Shown: one piece after another, positions 63,901 through 64,000 of the stretch
Position numbering within the stretch: the first letter of the stretch is position 1
Layout: each line of letters begins with the position of its first letter
Translations under genes and position numbers: made by a program
Assembly: GCF_018350175.1 (NCBI RefSeq)
Contig: NC_058368.1
Location: 150,476,001 to 150,540,000, forward strand
DNA from: Felis catus
Taxonomy: Eukaryota
DNA length: 64,000 nucleotides
Direction: 5' to 3'
Notes under the pieces: generated by a model
Told to the model about the DNA's origin: nothing
Seen by the model: only the letters and a program-made list of their open reading frames with translations
Database searches by the model: none

Positions 63901-64000
63901 AAGAGGAGAGATAGCTGACTTTCAACAGCCAGAACAATAATCTAGAATCGGTAGTGGTGAACAAAGAATGTTGACCCTTTTTTGGTCCTCTAATTTAGTG

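Overview
Mammalian, almost certainly feliform/felid, genomic DNA. The evidence is about 24 tRNA-derived Can-SINEs with (CT)n/A tails, some of feline SINEC_Fc type, plus carnivore L1 3' ends. The window is AT-rich intronic or intergenic sequence with many eutherian repeats: L1M/L1MC, L2, L3/CR1, MIR, MLT1 LTRs, MER58A, MER5A, MER81 and nested Tigger elements. I recognise no protein-coding exon, tRNA, rRNA or known ncRNA. The supplied ORFs are best explained as SINE, L1, microsatellite or chance ORFs. Three largely repeat-free stretches (about 20.3-22.2, 23.9-30.9 and 47.8-51.9 kb) look like regulatory DNA. The most unusual unexplained structure is a diverged inverted duplication of about 250 bp (7662-7912 vs 8898-9150) of sequence I cannot assign to a repeat family. 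Other notable items are a TSD-flanked polyadenylated orphan insert inside an MLT1 LTR, ultra-short L1 insertions, two SINEs sharing one endonuclease site and a near-consensus CTCF motif. Repeat family calls are from recalled consensus sequences, not a database search, and old-repeat boundaries are approximate. I found no convincing new gene system.
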